Below are positions 6,381-15,628 of a DNA stretch of 32,000 bases, in pieces. Within the stretch, counting starts at the first letter, position 1; each line of letters begins with the position of its first letter. Source of the stretch: an uncultured archaeon (GTDB lineage Archaea; Iainarchaeota; Iainarchaeia; Iainarchaeales; 0-14-0-20-30-16); contig CAZMGA010000004.1 in NCBI GenBank assembly GCA_964565725.1, positions 5,954 to 37,953 of the forward strand. The letters run 5' to 3'. The position numbers and the translations under genes were made by a program. The notes beneath the pieces are model-generated. The model saw nothing but the letters and a program-made list of their open reading frames with translations. It was not told the origin of the DNA and ran no database searches.

Positions 6381-7292
6381 ATGGTTTTTAATGCAAGATT
6401 ATTAGGAATTAGTAGTTCTATACCTTTAAAAGATAGAAATCACACCTCTTTAGCGATAAGGTTTGATGGAGATGTAATTTTATTTGACTGTGGAGAAGGT
6501 ATTCAACAACAGTTTATGAAAAGTAAATTAAGTTTTATGGACATTAATGCTATATTTATTACTCATTTTCATGCTGATCATTTTTTAGGTTTGCCCGGTT
6601 TATTGGCTACTATGTCTTTACATAAAAGAACTATTCCAATTAAAATTTTTGGGCCTGTAGGAATTAAAGAAAGAGTAGAATCAATATTAAAATCTTTTAC
6701 TATAGAATTATTTTATGATTTAGAATTTTTTGAATTATTTGAAGGAAAAGTTTATGAAACAAAAAATTATGAAGTTTACGCTAAAAAAATGAATCATCAA
6801 ATTTTAAATTATGGTTTTGTTTTTAAAGAAAAAGATAAAGTAGGTACATTTTCTAAAGTTAAAGCATTAAAGTTAGGAATTCCTGAAGGTCCTTTATTTT
6901 CTGAATTACAAAATGGTAAAACAATAATTTTTAATAAAAAAGAAATAAAACCTTTAGATGTAATGGATTATTCTTTAAATAAAAAAGGTTTATCTTTAGG
7001 TTATATTGTGGATTGTAATGATAAAGGTTATGAAAATTTTATTAAAGATTTAGATATATTATTTCACGAAACTACCTTTATGAAAAAAGACTCTTTACAA
7101 GCAAAAAAAACATTACATTCTATAACTACTGATGTTGCAAAAATAGCTAAAGATTCAAATGTTAAAAATTTAATTATTATGAATTTCAGTGCAAGATATA
7201 CTAATTTAGAAGAAGTATTGTATGAAGTTCAAAATATTTATGATAAAGCTGAAATTGGGGAAGAATTAAAAATATATGAAATAAAAAAGTGA
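6381..7292 (+). CDS. rnz: Ribonuclease Z (tRNA 3' endonuclease, metallo-beta-lactamase fold)
   Basis: 303 aa. 'FDCGEG', 'ITHFHADHFLGLPGLLATM' (HxHxDH motif) and the C-terminal 'LFHETTF' match short-form RNase Z. Confidence 0.9.
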   Translation: MVFNARLLGISSSIPLKDRNHTSLAIRFDGDVILFDCGEGIQQQFMKSKLSFMDINAIFITHFHADHFLGLPGLLATMSLHKRTIPIKIFGPVGIKERVESILKSFTIELFYDLEFFELFEGKVYETKNYEVYAKKMNHQILNYGFVFKEKDKVGTFSKVKALKLGIPEGPLFSELQNGKTIIFNKKEIKPLDVMDYSLNKKGLSLGYIVDCNDKGYENFIKDLDILFHETTFMKKDSLQAKKTLHSITTDVAKIAKDSNVKNLIIMNFSARYTNLEEVLYEVQNIYDKAEIGEELKIYEIKK

Positions 7293-7678
7293 TGTTTATG
7301 TTAATTATATTTGATTATTTTGATGTTATATCTGAAAACTACAATAATTATAAATTTCAAACGTTATTAGATAAGTTATCTAAAAAAAATGATTTGGTTA
7401 TTTTAACAAATAGTGGAAAAAATTTTAGAGTAATGTTTGAAAGATTATTAATAAATAAATATTTTAAAAAATTATATATTTCTGGAGAAAATAATTTTAT
7501 TAAGCCATCATTTGAAAGTTTTAATAATGTTTTAAAAGATTATAAAATTGATCCTAAAAATTGTTTGTTTATAGACAACACTTATAGCAATTTTAAAAAT
7601 TCTAAAATTTTGGGTATTAATAGTATACTTTATTCTAATTTAGAAAATCTAGAAAACGATTTAAAAAAATATTTTTAG
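7289..7678 (+). CDS. HAD-superfamily hydrolase-like protein with degenerate catalytic motifs
   Basis: 129 aa. Motif II-like 'VILTNSG', motif III 'IKPSFESF', motif IV-like 'LFIDNTYSNFKNSKILGI'. Motif I is 'IIFDYFDVIS' rather than hhhDxDxT. The start overlaps the rnz stop (GTGATG). Confidence 0.4.
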   Translation: MMFMLIIFDYFDVISENYNNYKFQTLLDKLSKKNDLVILTNSGKNFRVMFERLLINKYFKKLYISGENNFIKPSFESFNNVLKDYKIDPKNCLFIDNTYSNFKNSKILGINSILYSNLENLENDLKKYF

Positions 7679-7686
7679 GAATTAAA

Positions 7687-10317
7687 ATGAAAATATTAAC
7701 TATAAATGAAGCTCCAAAGAGTGAACAAGTTTCAGCATTATTAAGACCTTATTTTAAAAAATGGTTTTTTAATAAATATAAAGATTTTACTGAACCACAA
7801 AAATTATCTATACCTTCAATTTATTTAGAAAATAATACTTTGATTACTGCTCCAACAGGTTCTGGAAAAACAATTTCTGCTTTTGGGGCTATATTAAATG
7901 ATTTGTTTAAAAAATCTGAAAAAAAAGAATTAAAAAAAGAAATTTATTGTATTTACATAAGTCCATTAAAAGCATTAATTAATGATGTAGAAAAAAATTT
8001 AATGTTGCCATTAGAAGAAATAAAAGTATTTGCAAAAAAAGAAAAAATAGATTTAAATGTTAGTGTAAGTATAAGAACTGGAGATGTAGAAGCAAAAGAA
8101 AAAGCTAAGCAATTGAGAAATCCTCCTACTATTTTATGTACTACGCCAGAAACATTAGCAATATTATTGAGTACTACTAAATTTAAAGAGAAATTAAAAA
8201 GTGTAAAATATGTAGTAATAGATGAAATTCACGAATTAGCAAATTCTAAACGAGGGGCGCACTTATCTTTAAGTTTAGAACGTTTACAAAATTTAACTGG
8301 AAATAAATTAATTAGAATAGGTTTAGGTGCAACATTAGAACCATTAGAAGAAGTAGCTAAATTTTTAGTAGGTTATAACGATAAAAAATTAAGAGATTGT
8401 ATTATTATAGATGGTAGATTTATTAAAAAAACAAATATTAAAGTTTTTTCACCTAGCCCTGACTTAATTTATATGGATGGAGAACAAATAAATGAAAAGT
8501 TATATTCCGAATTAAATAAATTAATTAAAATGCATAAAACTACATTAATTTTTACAAATACTAGATCTGGGACTGAAAGAATTGTTCATAATTTAAAAGA
8601 AAATTTTCCTGAAACTTATAGCGAAGAGGATATTGGTGCACATCATTCAAGTGTGTCTAAAAATATTAGGTTAGATTTAGAAAATAAATTAAAAGAAGGA
8701 AAATTAAAAGTAATTGTTAGTTCAACAAGTTTAGAATTAGGTATTGATATAGGGTATGTTGATTTAGTAGTACAAATTGGTTCTCCTAAATCCGTATCAA
8801 AAGCATTACAAAGAATAGGTAGAGCTAATCACAAAGTTAATTCAATTGCAAAAGGAAGAGTTATTTGTTTAGATAGAGATGATTTAGTGGAAACCAATGT
8901 GATGTTTAAAAAAGCAGAAGAATATTGGTTAGATAGGATCTATATTGTTAAAAATTGTTTAGACGTTTTATGTCAACAAATAATTGGTTTAAGTTTAGAA
9001 AATAAATGGAATATTAATGATGCTTTTAATTTAATAAAAAATTCTTATTGTTATCATGATTTAAAAGAAGAAGATTATTTTTTAGTTTTAAATTATTTGG
9101 CTGGAAAATATCATAGTTTAGAAGAAAAAAAAGTTTATGCTAAAATTTATTTGGATGATGAAAATAAAGAATTTGGAAAAAGAGGAAAATTAGCTAGAGC
9201 AATTTATTCTATGAATGTTGGTACTATACCTGATGAAGTTAAAGTTAAAGTAAAAACTAAAGATGGAAAAATTATTGGGTCTATAGAAGAGGATTTTTTA
9301 TCTCGTTTAACCAAAGGAGATATTTTTGTATTAGCTGGAAATACTTATCAATATTTGTATTCAAAAGGTATGACTGCAACAGTAATTTATGTTAAAGATA
9401 AAAAACCAACAGTACCATCGTGGTTTTCTGAACAATTACCATTAAATTATGATTTGGCAATTGAAATAGGCAAGTTCAGATCAGAAATATTTCATTTATT
9501 AAAATTAAAATCTAAAACAGAAGTAATTGAATTTGTTTTAGAAAATTATAAAATAAATGATTATGGTGCAAAAGCAATTGTGGATTATTTTTATTATCAA
9601 TTAAAATTTTTAGAAAAATTAAAAATAATTGATTACCCATCAGACGTAAATTTATTGATTGAAAATTATGTTGATGATAGTGGAAATAAAAATTTAATAT
9701 TTCATAGTTTGTATGGAAGAAGAGTAAATGATGCATTATCACGAGTTTTTGCATATGTTTTATCAAGATATGTTGAAAGATCAATACCTATTACTGTAAA
9801 CGATAATGGGTTTATTTTAATGGTTCATGCTGCAGATAAATTTTTGATGCCATCCCCATTAGAATTATTGTCTAGAATAAACAACAAAAATTTTGAAGAA
9901 TTATTAATATTGGCTATAAAACAAACAGAGTTAGTTAAAAGAAAGTTTAGACATGTAGCATCTCGTTCATTTATGATATTAAGAAATTATATGGGTCATG
10001 AATCTAATGTTGGTTGGCAACAAATAAGTTCAGAAAGATTATTTAAAGTTTGTGAATCTATTGAAAATTTTCCAATAATTAAAGAAACATATAGAGAGAT
10101 AATAGAAGACTATATGGATGTAAAAACTGCTAAAGAAATATTAAAAAATATTGAGGATAAAAAAATTAAAATGAAATTTTTGCCTGAAAGTTCTTTGCCT
10201 TCTCCATTTGCACATAATTTATTGGTTTTATCTGATTTAGATATTGTTTTAATTGATGATAGAAAAAAAGCATTATTAGAATTACATAAAAAAATTATTG
10301 AGGATGTAGGAATATGA
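7687..10317 (+). CDS. lhr: Lhr-type ATP-dependent DEXH helicase (Lhr-core)
   Basis: 876 aa. Motif I 'APTGSGKT', motif II 'VIDEIHEL', motif VI-like 'QRIGRANH', and a long C-terminal region as in Lhr/DEAD-associated domain proteins. Confidence 0.85.
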   Translation: MKILTINEAPKSEQVSALLRPYFKKWFFNKYKDFTEPQKLSIPSIYLENNTLITAPTGSGKTISAFGAILNDLFKKSEKKELKKEIYCIYISPLKALINDVEKNLMLPLEEIKVFAKKEKIDLNVSVSIRTGDVEAKEKAKQLRNPPTILCTTPETLAILLSTTKFKEKLKSVKYVVIDEIHELANSKRGAHLSLSLERLQNLTGNKLIRIGLGATLEPLEEVAKFLVGYNDKKLRDCIIIDGRFIKKTNIKVFSPSPDLIYMDGEQINEKLYSELNKLIKMHKTTLIFTNTRSGTERIVHNLKENFPETYSEEDIGAHHSSVSKNIRLDLENKLKEGKLKVIVSSTSLELGIDIGYVDLVVQIGSPKSVSKALQRIGRANHKVNSIAKGRVICLDRDDLVETNVMFKKAEEYWLDRIYIVKNCLDVLCQQIIGLSLENKWNINDAFNLIKNSYCYHDLKEEDYFLVLNYLAGKYHSLEEKKVYAKIYLDDENKEFGKRGKLARAIYSMNVGTIPDEVKVKVKTKDGKIIGSIEEDFLSRLTKGDIFVLAGNTYQYLYSKGMTATVIYVKDKKPTVPSWFSEQLPLNYDLAIEIGKFRSEIFHLLKLKSKTEVIEFVLENYKINDYGAKAIVDYFYYQLKFLEKLKIIDYPSDVNLLIENYVDDSGNKNLIFHSLYGRRVNDALSRVFAYVLSRYVERSIPITVNDNGFILMVHAADKFLMPSPLELLSRINNKNFEELLILAIKQTELVKRKFRHVASRSFMILRNYMGHESNVGWQQISSERLFKVCESIENFPIIKETYREIIEDYMDVKTAKEILKNIEDKKIKMKFLPESSLPSPFAHNLLVLSDLDIVLIDDRKKALLELHKKIIEDVGI

Positions 10318-11063
10318 TAAAAATTTTTGATAATATTTATTGCATTGATAAAGCATTGTTTTTTAAAAAACAAAAACTTTTAGTTATTTCTGATTTGCAA
10401 ATAGGTCAAGAATCTTATTTGGCAAATTCTGGTATTTTTGTGCCCCAGTTTCAAACCAATGAAATGATAATTAATTTGAAAAGTTTAATAAAAAAAACTA
10501 ATGCCCAAACAGTTTTAATAAATGGGGATTTTAAACATAATTTTTCTTCTGCATTAAATCAAGAATGGAGAGAAATATCTAGATTTATATTGGAAATAAA
10601 AGAGTTAGTTAAAAATATTGTAATTGTGAAAGGTAATCATGATAATTTTTTACAAAATATATTAAATCAACACAATATTAGATTAGTTAATTTTGCATTA
10701 ATTGATGAATATTTGTTTTTACATGGCGATAAAAACTTAGATTTTGATTTAAAAAAATACACTACTTTAATAATAGGTCATGAACAACCAGCAATAGTTT
10801 TGCGTCAAGGTTTTGAAAAGTTTAAAATTCCTTGTTTTTTGTATGGTAAAACTTTTGATGAAAAACAGTTTATATTATTACCTAGCTTTTCTCCTTTATC
10901 ATCTGGTGTTGAAATAAATAATATTGAAAAAAAAGATTTATTAAGTCCTATCCTTAAAAACAATTTAGATTTAGATTCTTTGAAAGTTATAGCTATAGAT
11001 AAAGATGCTGGAATTTTAAAATTTCCAGAAATTAAAAAGTTAAGAGAATTATTGTTTTTTTAA
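10314..11063 (+). CDS. Lhr-associated metallophosphoesterase (MPE/PdeM-like)
   Basis: 249 aa. Calcineurin-like phosphoesterase motifs occur in order: 'VISDLQIG', 'INGDFKH', 'VKGNHD', 'FLHGD', 'IIGHEQP'. The start overlaps the lhr stop (ATGA). Confidence 0.7.
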   Translation: MIKIFDNIYCIDKALFFKKQKLLVISDLQIGQESYLANSGIFVPQFQTNEMIINLKSLIKKTNAQTVLINGDFKHNFSSALNQEWREISRFILEIKELVKNIVIVKGNHDNFLQNILNQHNIRLVNFALIDEYLFLHGDKNLDFDLKKYTTLIIGHEQPAIVLRQGFEKFKIPCFLYGKTFDEKQFILLPSFSPLSSGVEINNIEKKDLLSPILKNNLDLDSLKVIAIDKDAGILKFPEIKKLRELLFF

Positions 11064-12137
11064 TTCCATCAAAATATTTATTGCATCTTTTATATCTTTA
11101 GTGCTTTGTTTATTTTGGGATACATTTAATTTATTTTTTAAAAATTTAATATGTTTGTTAATTTCTGTAATTGATAAATTAGGTATAGTAAAAATATATC
11201 CTGTTAATGCTCTTAGATATTCTGGTGTTGAATTATTTAATTCTGAAACTAACCTCTCAAAAATTTTTCTTGCTGAATTTCTCTGATTGGCATTATCTAA
11301 GCAGTAAGCTTTTATTAATTCTCCTTTTACTTCTAATTTTTTATCTCCTATTTCTTTTGCAAGTTTTATAAATTCATCTATATTCTTAAATACCTTTGAA
11401 TAGTTTTTATTTTTTCTTAATGCTTCAAAATAAACCCAAGAAACATTTAATTTTACTGGATAATCTAATGGTATAGATTCATATATTTCAATAATTGTAG
11501 AATACATTTCTTTGTCATAAAAATATCTTAATGATTTATATAGGGAAAAATTATCAAATTCATAATTTTTTATTTTTTTAATAATTTCTTCAATTGCTAA
11601 TTTAGGTTTGAATTTTATCAAAAACAAAATTTTTTTTAATTCTAATAATTCCATTTCCCTTTTATTTAAGTTTTTAGTTTTGGCCATATTATAAGTAATG
11701 GAAAAAGAAGTAGTATCATTAATTTCTAAGAAAAAATCTAACAATTCAAAAATTAAATTTAAATTTGGTTTTATGTGGCTATATTTTTTTAGAATAATTT
11801 TTATTTCATCATATTTTTTTAAATTTTTTAGTATGCCTATATAGTTTCCCAAAATATTGTTCATATCTATATTTTTACTTTCTGCCAAATAAAAAATTCT
11901 TTTTGCCACATCATAATTTCTTAAATATTTTGCACATTCTATAGCTAAATAAAAAACTCTTTCGTTGGTATTTCCTAATTCTATTAAACTTTTTAAACCT
12001 CTTAAAGCAGAATGATAATCTTTTTTTTGTATTTGGTTATTAATTTTATCTATTTTTTTTGCTTGTTTTTGTGTAGATCTAGTAATGGTTGGAAGTTCTT
12101 TAATTTTTCTACGTATAGGTTCTAAATTTTTAGGCAT
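11049..12137 (-). CDS. Hypothetical all-helical repeat protein (TPR-like)
   Basis: 362-aa ORF with repeated amphipathic helix pairs, for example 'YHSALRGLKSLIELGN..VFYLAIECAKYLRNYDVAKRIFYLA'. No catalytic motif was recognised. It is the last gene of a co-directional minus-strand run. Confidence 0.35.
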   Translation of the reverse strand: MPKNLEPIRRKIKELPTITRSTQKQAKKIDKINNQIQKKDYHSALRGLKSLIELGNTNERVFYLAIECAKYLRNYDVAKRIFYLAESKNIDMNNILGNYIGILKNLKKYDEIKIILKKYSHIKPNLNLIFELLDFFLEINDTTSFSITYNMAKTKNLNKREMELLELKKILFLIKFKPKLAIEEIIKKIKNYEFDNFSLYKSLRYFYDKEMYSTIIEIYESIPLDYPVKLNVSWVYFEALRKNKNYSKVFKNIDEFIKLAKEIGDKKLEVKGELIKAYCLDNANQRNSARKIFERLVSELNNSTPEYLRALTGYIFTIPNLSITEINKHIKFLKNKLNVSQNKQSTKDIKDAINILMELKKQ

Positions 12138-12144
12138 AATATCC

Positions 12145-12345
12145 CTAATAGTCTTTTTTCAAATTTTTTCCTTTTAATCCTTTAGTATCATCTGGATTAA
12201 TATCAAAATCTACTCGATCTCCAACAGAAACATTTTCTCTTAATGAATTAGTAGAAACAAAATATTCTAAGCCATCATCACCAGAAACAACAATAAATTT
12301 TTTAGGTAAATTCTTGATTTTAATTATTCCTTTCATAAACTTCAA
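12145..12345 (-). CDS. Small OB-fold/cold-shock-domain-like protein
   Basis: 66 aa. 'MKGIIKIKNLPKKFIVVSGDDGLEYFVSTNSL..VSVGDRVDFDI' aligns by eye with the CSD pattern (MKGxVKWF..KGFGFI..DG.DVFVH.S....L..G..V.F), but the aromatic RNP motifs are missing. Confidence 0.35.
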   Translation of the reverse strand: MKFMKGIIKIKNLPKKFIVVSGDDGLEYFVSTNSLRENVSVGDRVDFDINPDDTKGLKGKNLKKDY

Positions 12346-12392
12346 CTCATATATTATAATATATCTATAAATATATAAATTTAATTAAAAAA

Positions 12393-14189
12393 TTACATTT
12401 TTCCTATAAATTCAGAAAATTTATTATTATCAAATTTTCTTAAATTATAATCAATTGGTAGTAATTGATTATATTTAGACCAGCCAAACCTTTTATCTAA
12501 AAGTAAAATAAATGCTTTATCTGTTTCAGATCTTATACCTCTTCCACAAGCTTGAACTATTTTGGATATTGTAGGATATAAATAAGCATAATTCCAACCT
12601 TGAACTGTTTTTTTATCATAAAATTCAATTAATGCATTCATTTCGTAATCAGGTTCTGGAAAAGGAAAACCTACCATTATTATTCCAATTAAATCATCAC
12701 CAGGATAATCTACACCTTCTGAAAACGATCCACCTACTACTGCAAATAATACTGAACCAAAACCAACTTTATTTTTTTTGAAATTTGCAATTAATCTTTT
12801 AGTTTGTGTAACATTTTGATTTTTTTCTTGAACATATATTTTTTTAATTATTTTTTGAGAAATTCTTAAATATACGCTTTGTAATATATCATAACTTGGA
12901 AAAAATACAGCTATATTTCCAGATACTTTGTTTGTAATATTAATTATAATATCTATAATTTTTGGTATACTTTCTTTTCGTTCTTCATATTTTGTTGTTA
13001 CATTATCAAAATACATAACTAATTTATTTTCATTAGGAAACGGACTTTTAAATTGTTTGAAATAAGGTCTTTTTATACCTAATAATTCAGAATACATATT
13101 AAGAGGGCTAAATGTTCCAGACATTAAAATACAACCAAAACATTCTTCAAAAATAACATCAGATAAATATGATGGATCTAAACCTTTGATATGAATTGTA
13201 TCTTCTGTTTTATATCTCGTTTTTACTTTTGAATCATGCATCCATGCTAAAATAAAATTAAAAATTTTGTTTAGATTCGATTTTTTTTTATCTAATTCTA
13301 AAATATAATCGCAAGCAGTTGCCAAAGATTCTAATATTTCTGAATTTTCAAATAATGTGCCAAAAGAATTTGTATCTAAAAAACCATTTTTTAAATTATT
13401 AAAACAATATTCAAAATCTTCTAAAAATTCAGTAATATCATAAATTTTTTCTTTTGGTACTTTTTCCCAATCTTTTTTTGCATTTATTATTTGTTTTAAA
13501 GATAAGTTATCAGACAAAATATTTCTTAAACGTGATGGTAAATTGTGGGCTTCATCAAAAATAAAAATTACATCTTCCAAACCAATATTTATTTTGTTAA
13601 ATATATTGTTTCTAATTTTATTTATGAATATATGATTTACATCACAAATTATAATATTTGCGCTTTTTGCTACCTTTAAACCCATTTCATAAGGACAAAG
13701 TTGTTTACTATTACATAACTCTCTAAACTCTTCCGCACTTTCTATTTTATATTCATTTATAAAATCGTTAACTACGTTTGTTTTAAAAGGTCCATGTCCA
13801 TTTGCATTTAAATAGGGATAACAACTTTGATTTTTTATTTTTTTTTCACATAATTCATAAAATTCTGGCCCCAAATTATACAAAAAAGGATCTATACATA
13901 AATTGCTTTTTGATATTAAATCTAAGGCAATAAATTTTTTATCAAATTTTTTATTTATTTCTTTAATAGTATCTATTACTATTTTATGTTGCGAATTTTT
14001 AGGAGTTACAAAAAATATTTTTTTATTATTTTTTTCTGCATATTCTAAAGCAACAGCTAAAGAAGCATCAGTTTTTCCTAAACCCGTTGGTGCTTCAAAT
14101 AATCCTATTAAATTATTATTTAAAACATAATCTATTTCTTTAATTAATACGTCCTGTCCAAGCCTAATTTTATTGTGTCTAAAATACAT
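12393..14189 (-). CDS. xpd: XPD/Rad3-family 5'-3' DNA helicase with Fe-S cluster domain
   Basis: 598 aa. Walker A 'EAPTGLGKT', 'FDEAHNL', four Cys in the Fe-S insert ('NLCIDP', 'ELCEKK', 'QSCYPY', 'QLCPYE') and C-terminal 'QACGRGIRS'. Confidence 0.85.
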   Translation of the reverse strand: MYFRHNKIRLGQDVLIKEIDYVLNNNLIGLFEAPTGLGKTDASLAVALEYAEKNNKKIFFVTPKNSQHKIVIDTIKEINKKFDKKFIALDLISKSNLCIDPFLYNLGPEFYELCEKKIKNQSCYPYLNANGHGPFKTNVVNDFINEYKIESAEEFRELCNSKQLCPYEMGLKVAKSANIIICDVNHIFINKIRNNIFNKINIGLEDVIFIFDEAHNLPSRLRNILSDNLSLKQIINAKKDWEKVPKEKIYDITEFLEDFEYCFNNLKNGFLDTNSFGTLFENSEILESLATACDYILELDKKKSNLNKIFNFILAWMHDSKVKTRYKTEDTIHIKGLDPSYLSDVIFEECFGCILMSGTFSPLNMYSELLGIKRPYFKQFKSPFPNENKLVMYFDNVTTKYEERKESIPKIIDIIINITNKVSGNIAVFFPSYDILQSVYLRISQKIIKKIYVQEKNQNVTQTKRLIANFKKNKVGFGSVLFAVVGGSFSEGVDYPGDDLIGIIMVGFPFPEPDYEMNALIEFYDKKTVQGWNYAYLYPTISKIVQACGRGIRSETDKAFILLLDKRFGWSKYNQLLPIDYNLRKFDNNKFSEFIGKM

Positions 14190-14195
14190 ATAAAT

Positions 14196-15053
14196 CTAAC
14201 CTATTATTAAATATGTTTCAATTAATGCACCTATAAAAATACAAGCTATAGATGCAAAAAGAATTATTGTTAAATCTATTAAAATCTTTTTTAAGTTAGA
14301 TCTTATATTTATATAATGTCCATGAAGGATTGCAGAAATAATGCCTCCAGATATTGCCGCCAAAAAATATGCAAAGAATTCAAAAATTCCATGTGGTAGT
14401 AAGCCAAGACCTAAAAAAGAACCATGTAAAAAGGCAATTAATTTTCCCGAACTAAAATTTGCATAAATAGGTATTAGAGATATTATTTCAGCTCCTACTA
14501 TAGTTCCAAAAACACTAGCTTGATATATAATAATGAATAACGCCCCAACACCAAATAAAAAAGAAAATAAGAGAATTGCTAAAATAACCCCCAAATTATT
14601 TAGAAAAATATATCCAAATAAACCTTGAGGGTTTGATAAATATAAATTTCCACTTATGTTTATTGTATCTTTAATATTATCTACAGTATTTAAAGTATTC
14701 AATTGTTCTGTAAATATTATTTCTTTGTAAGATACAGGTAAAAATACAAATAATAAAGTAAATATTACTGAAACAGTAATAAATATTTTCAAATAAATTT
14801 TAATTAAAAAACCATATTTTGCAAAAAATTTTTTTTCTTTTGACAAAACTATTTTTTCTCTTGTAAAATATACTCTATTTAAAAAATACATAAAGGCAAT
14901 AGTAGTAAATGCTATTGATAAAATACTTGTATTTTGTTTAAAAAAAATTAAAGATATGCCTATAGAAAATAAACAAATTATAGCTGTATATATAAAAAGA
15001 AGAAATTTATTTTTTAATAATGAATCAGTAGGAAATATACTTTCTAAAACCAT
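14196..15053 (-). CDS. SpoIIM/DUF95-like integral membrane protein
   Basis: 285 aa and polytopic. 'LLPHGIFEFFAYFLAAISGG' matches the characteristic PHGxxE motif region of the SpoIIM family. Confidence 0.55.
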   Translation of the reverse strand: MVLESIFPTDSLLKNKFLLFIYTAIICLFSIGISLIFFKQNTSILSIAFTTIAFMYFLNRVYFTREKIVLSKEKKFFAKYGFLIKIYLKIFITVSVIFTLLFVFLPVSYKEIIFTEQLNTLNTVDNIKDTINISGNLYLSNPQGLFGYIFLNNLGVILAILLFSFLFGVGALFIIIYQASVFGTIVGAEIISLIPIYANFSSGKLIAFLHGSFLGLGLLPHGIFEFFAYFLAAISGGIISAILHGHYINIRSNLKKILIDLTIILFASIACIFIGALIETYLIIG

Positions 15054-15120
15054 AAATAAATAAATACAGAATAAATATAAATGCTATTATTATATATAAT
15101 ATAAGTTAGTAGGTGATGTT

Positions 15121-15621
15121 ATGGATAGAACTCATTTAGAAAAAACATTAGTTTTATTAAAACCCGATGCTTTGCAAAGAGGTATTTGTGGAGAAATAAT
15201 TCATAGATTTGAAAGAGTGGGCCTAGATATAGTTGCTATGAAAATGATTTGGATAGATAAAGATTTTGCAGCAAAACATTATTTTGATGTTAAAAAAAGA
15301 CATGGTGAAAAAGTGTTAAATAATTTAACAGCGTATTTAATAGATGGTCCTGTTATAGCAATGGTTTTAGAAGGTGTAGAATCAATAGCTATAGTGAGAA
15401 AAATGGTTGGTGCAACTTATCCTTTTGATGCTATTCCAGGAACTATTAGAGGAGATTTTTCACATATTTCTAAAGATTATGCTAACAAATATGAAAAAAC
15501 AGTATCAAATTTAATTCATGCATCATCTAAAAAAGAAGATGCAGAATACGAAATAAATTTATGGTTTGATAAAAGCGAAATTCATTCTTTTGATAGATTA
15601 AGTGATAGATATATTATTTAG
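15121..15621 (+). CDS. ndk: Nucleoside diphosphate kinase
   Basis: 'EKTLVLLKPDALQRGICGEIIHRFE', 'GTIRGDF', and catalytic-His region 'NLIHASS'. An SD 'aggtga' lies upstream. Confidence 0.9.
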   Translation: MDRTHLEKTLVLLKPDALQRGICGEIIHRFERVGLDIVAMKMIWIDKDFAAKHYFDVKKRHGEKVLNNLTAYLIDGPVIAMVLEGVESIAIVRKMVGATYPFDAIPGTIRGDFSHISKDYANKYEKTVSNLIHASSKKEDAEYEINLWFDKSEIHSFDRLSDRYII

Positions 15622-15628
15622 GTGTTAG

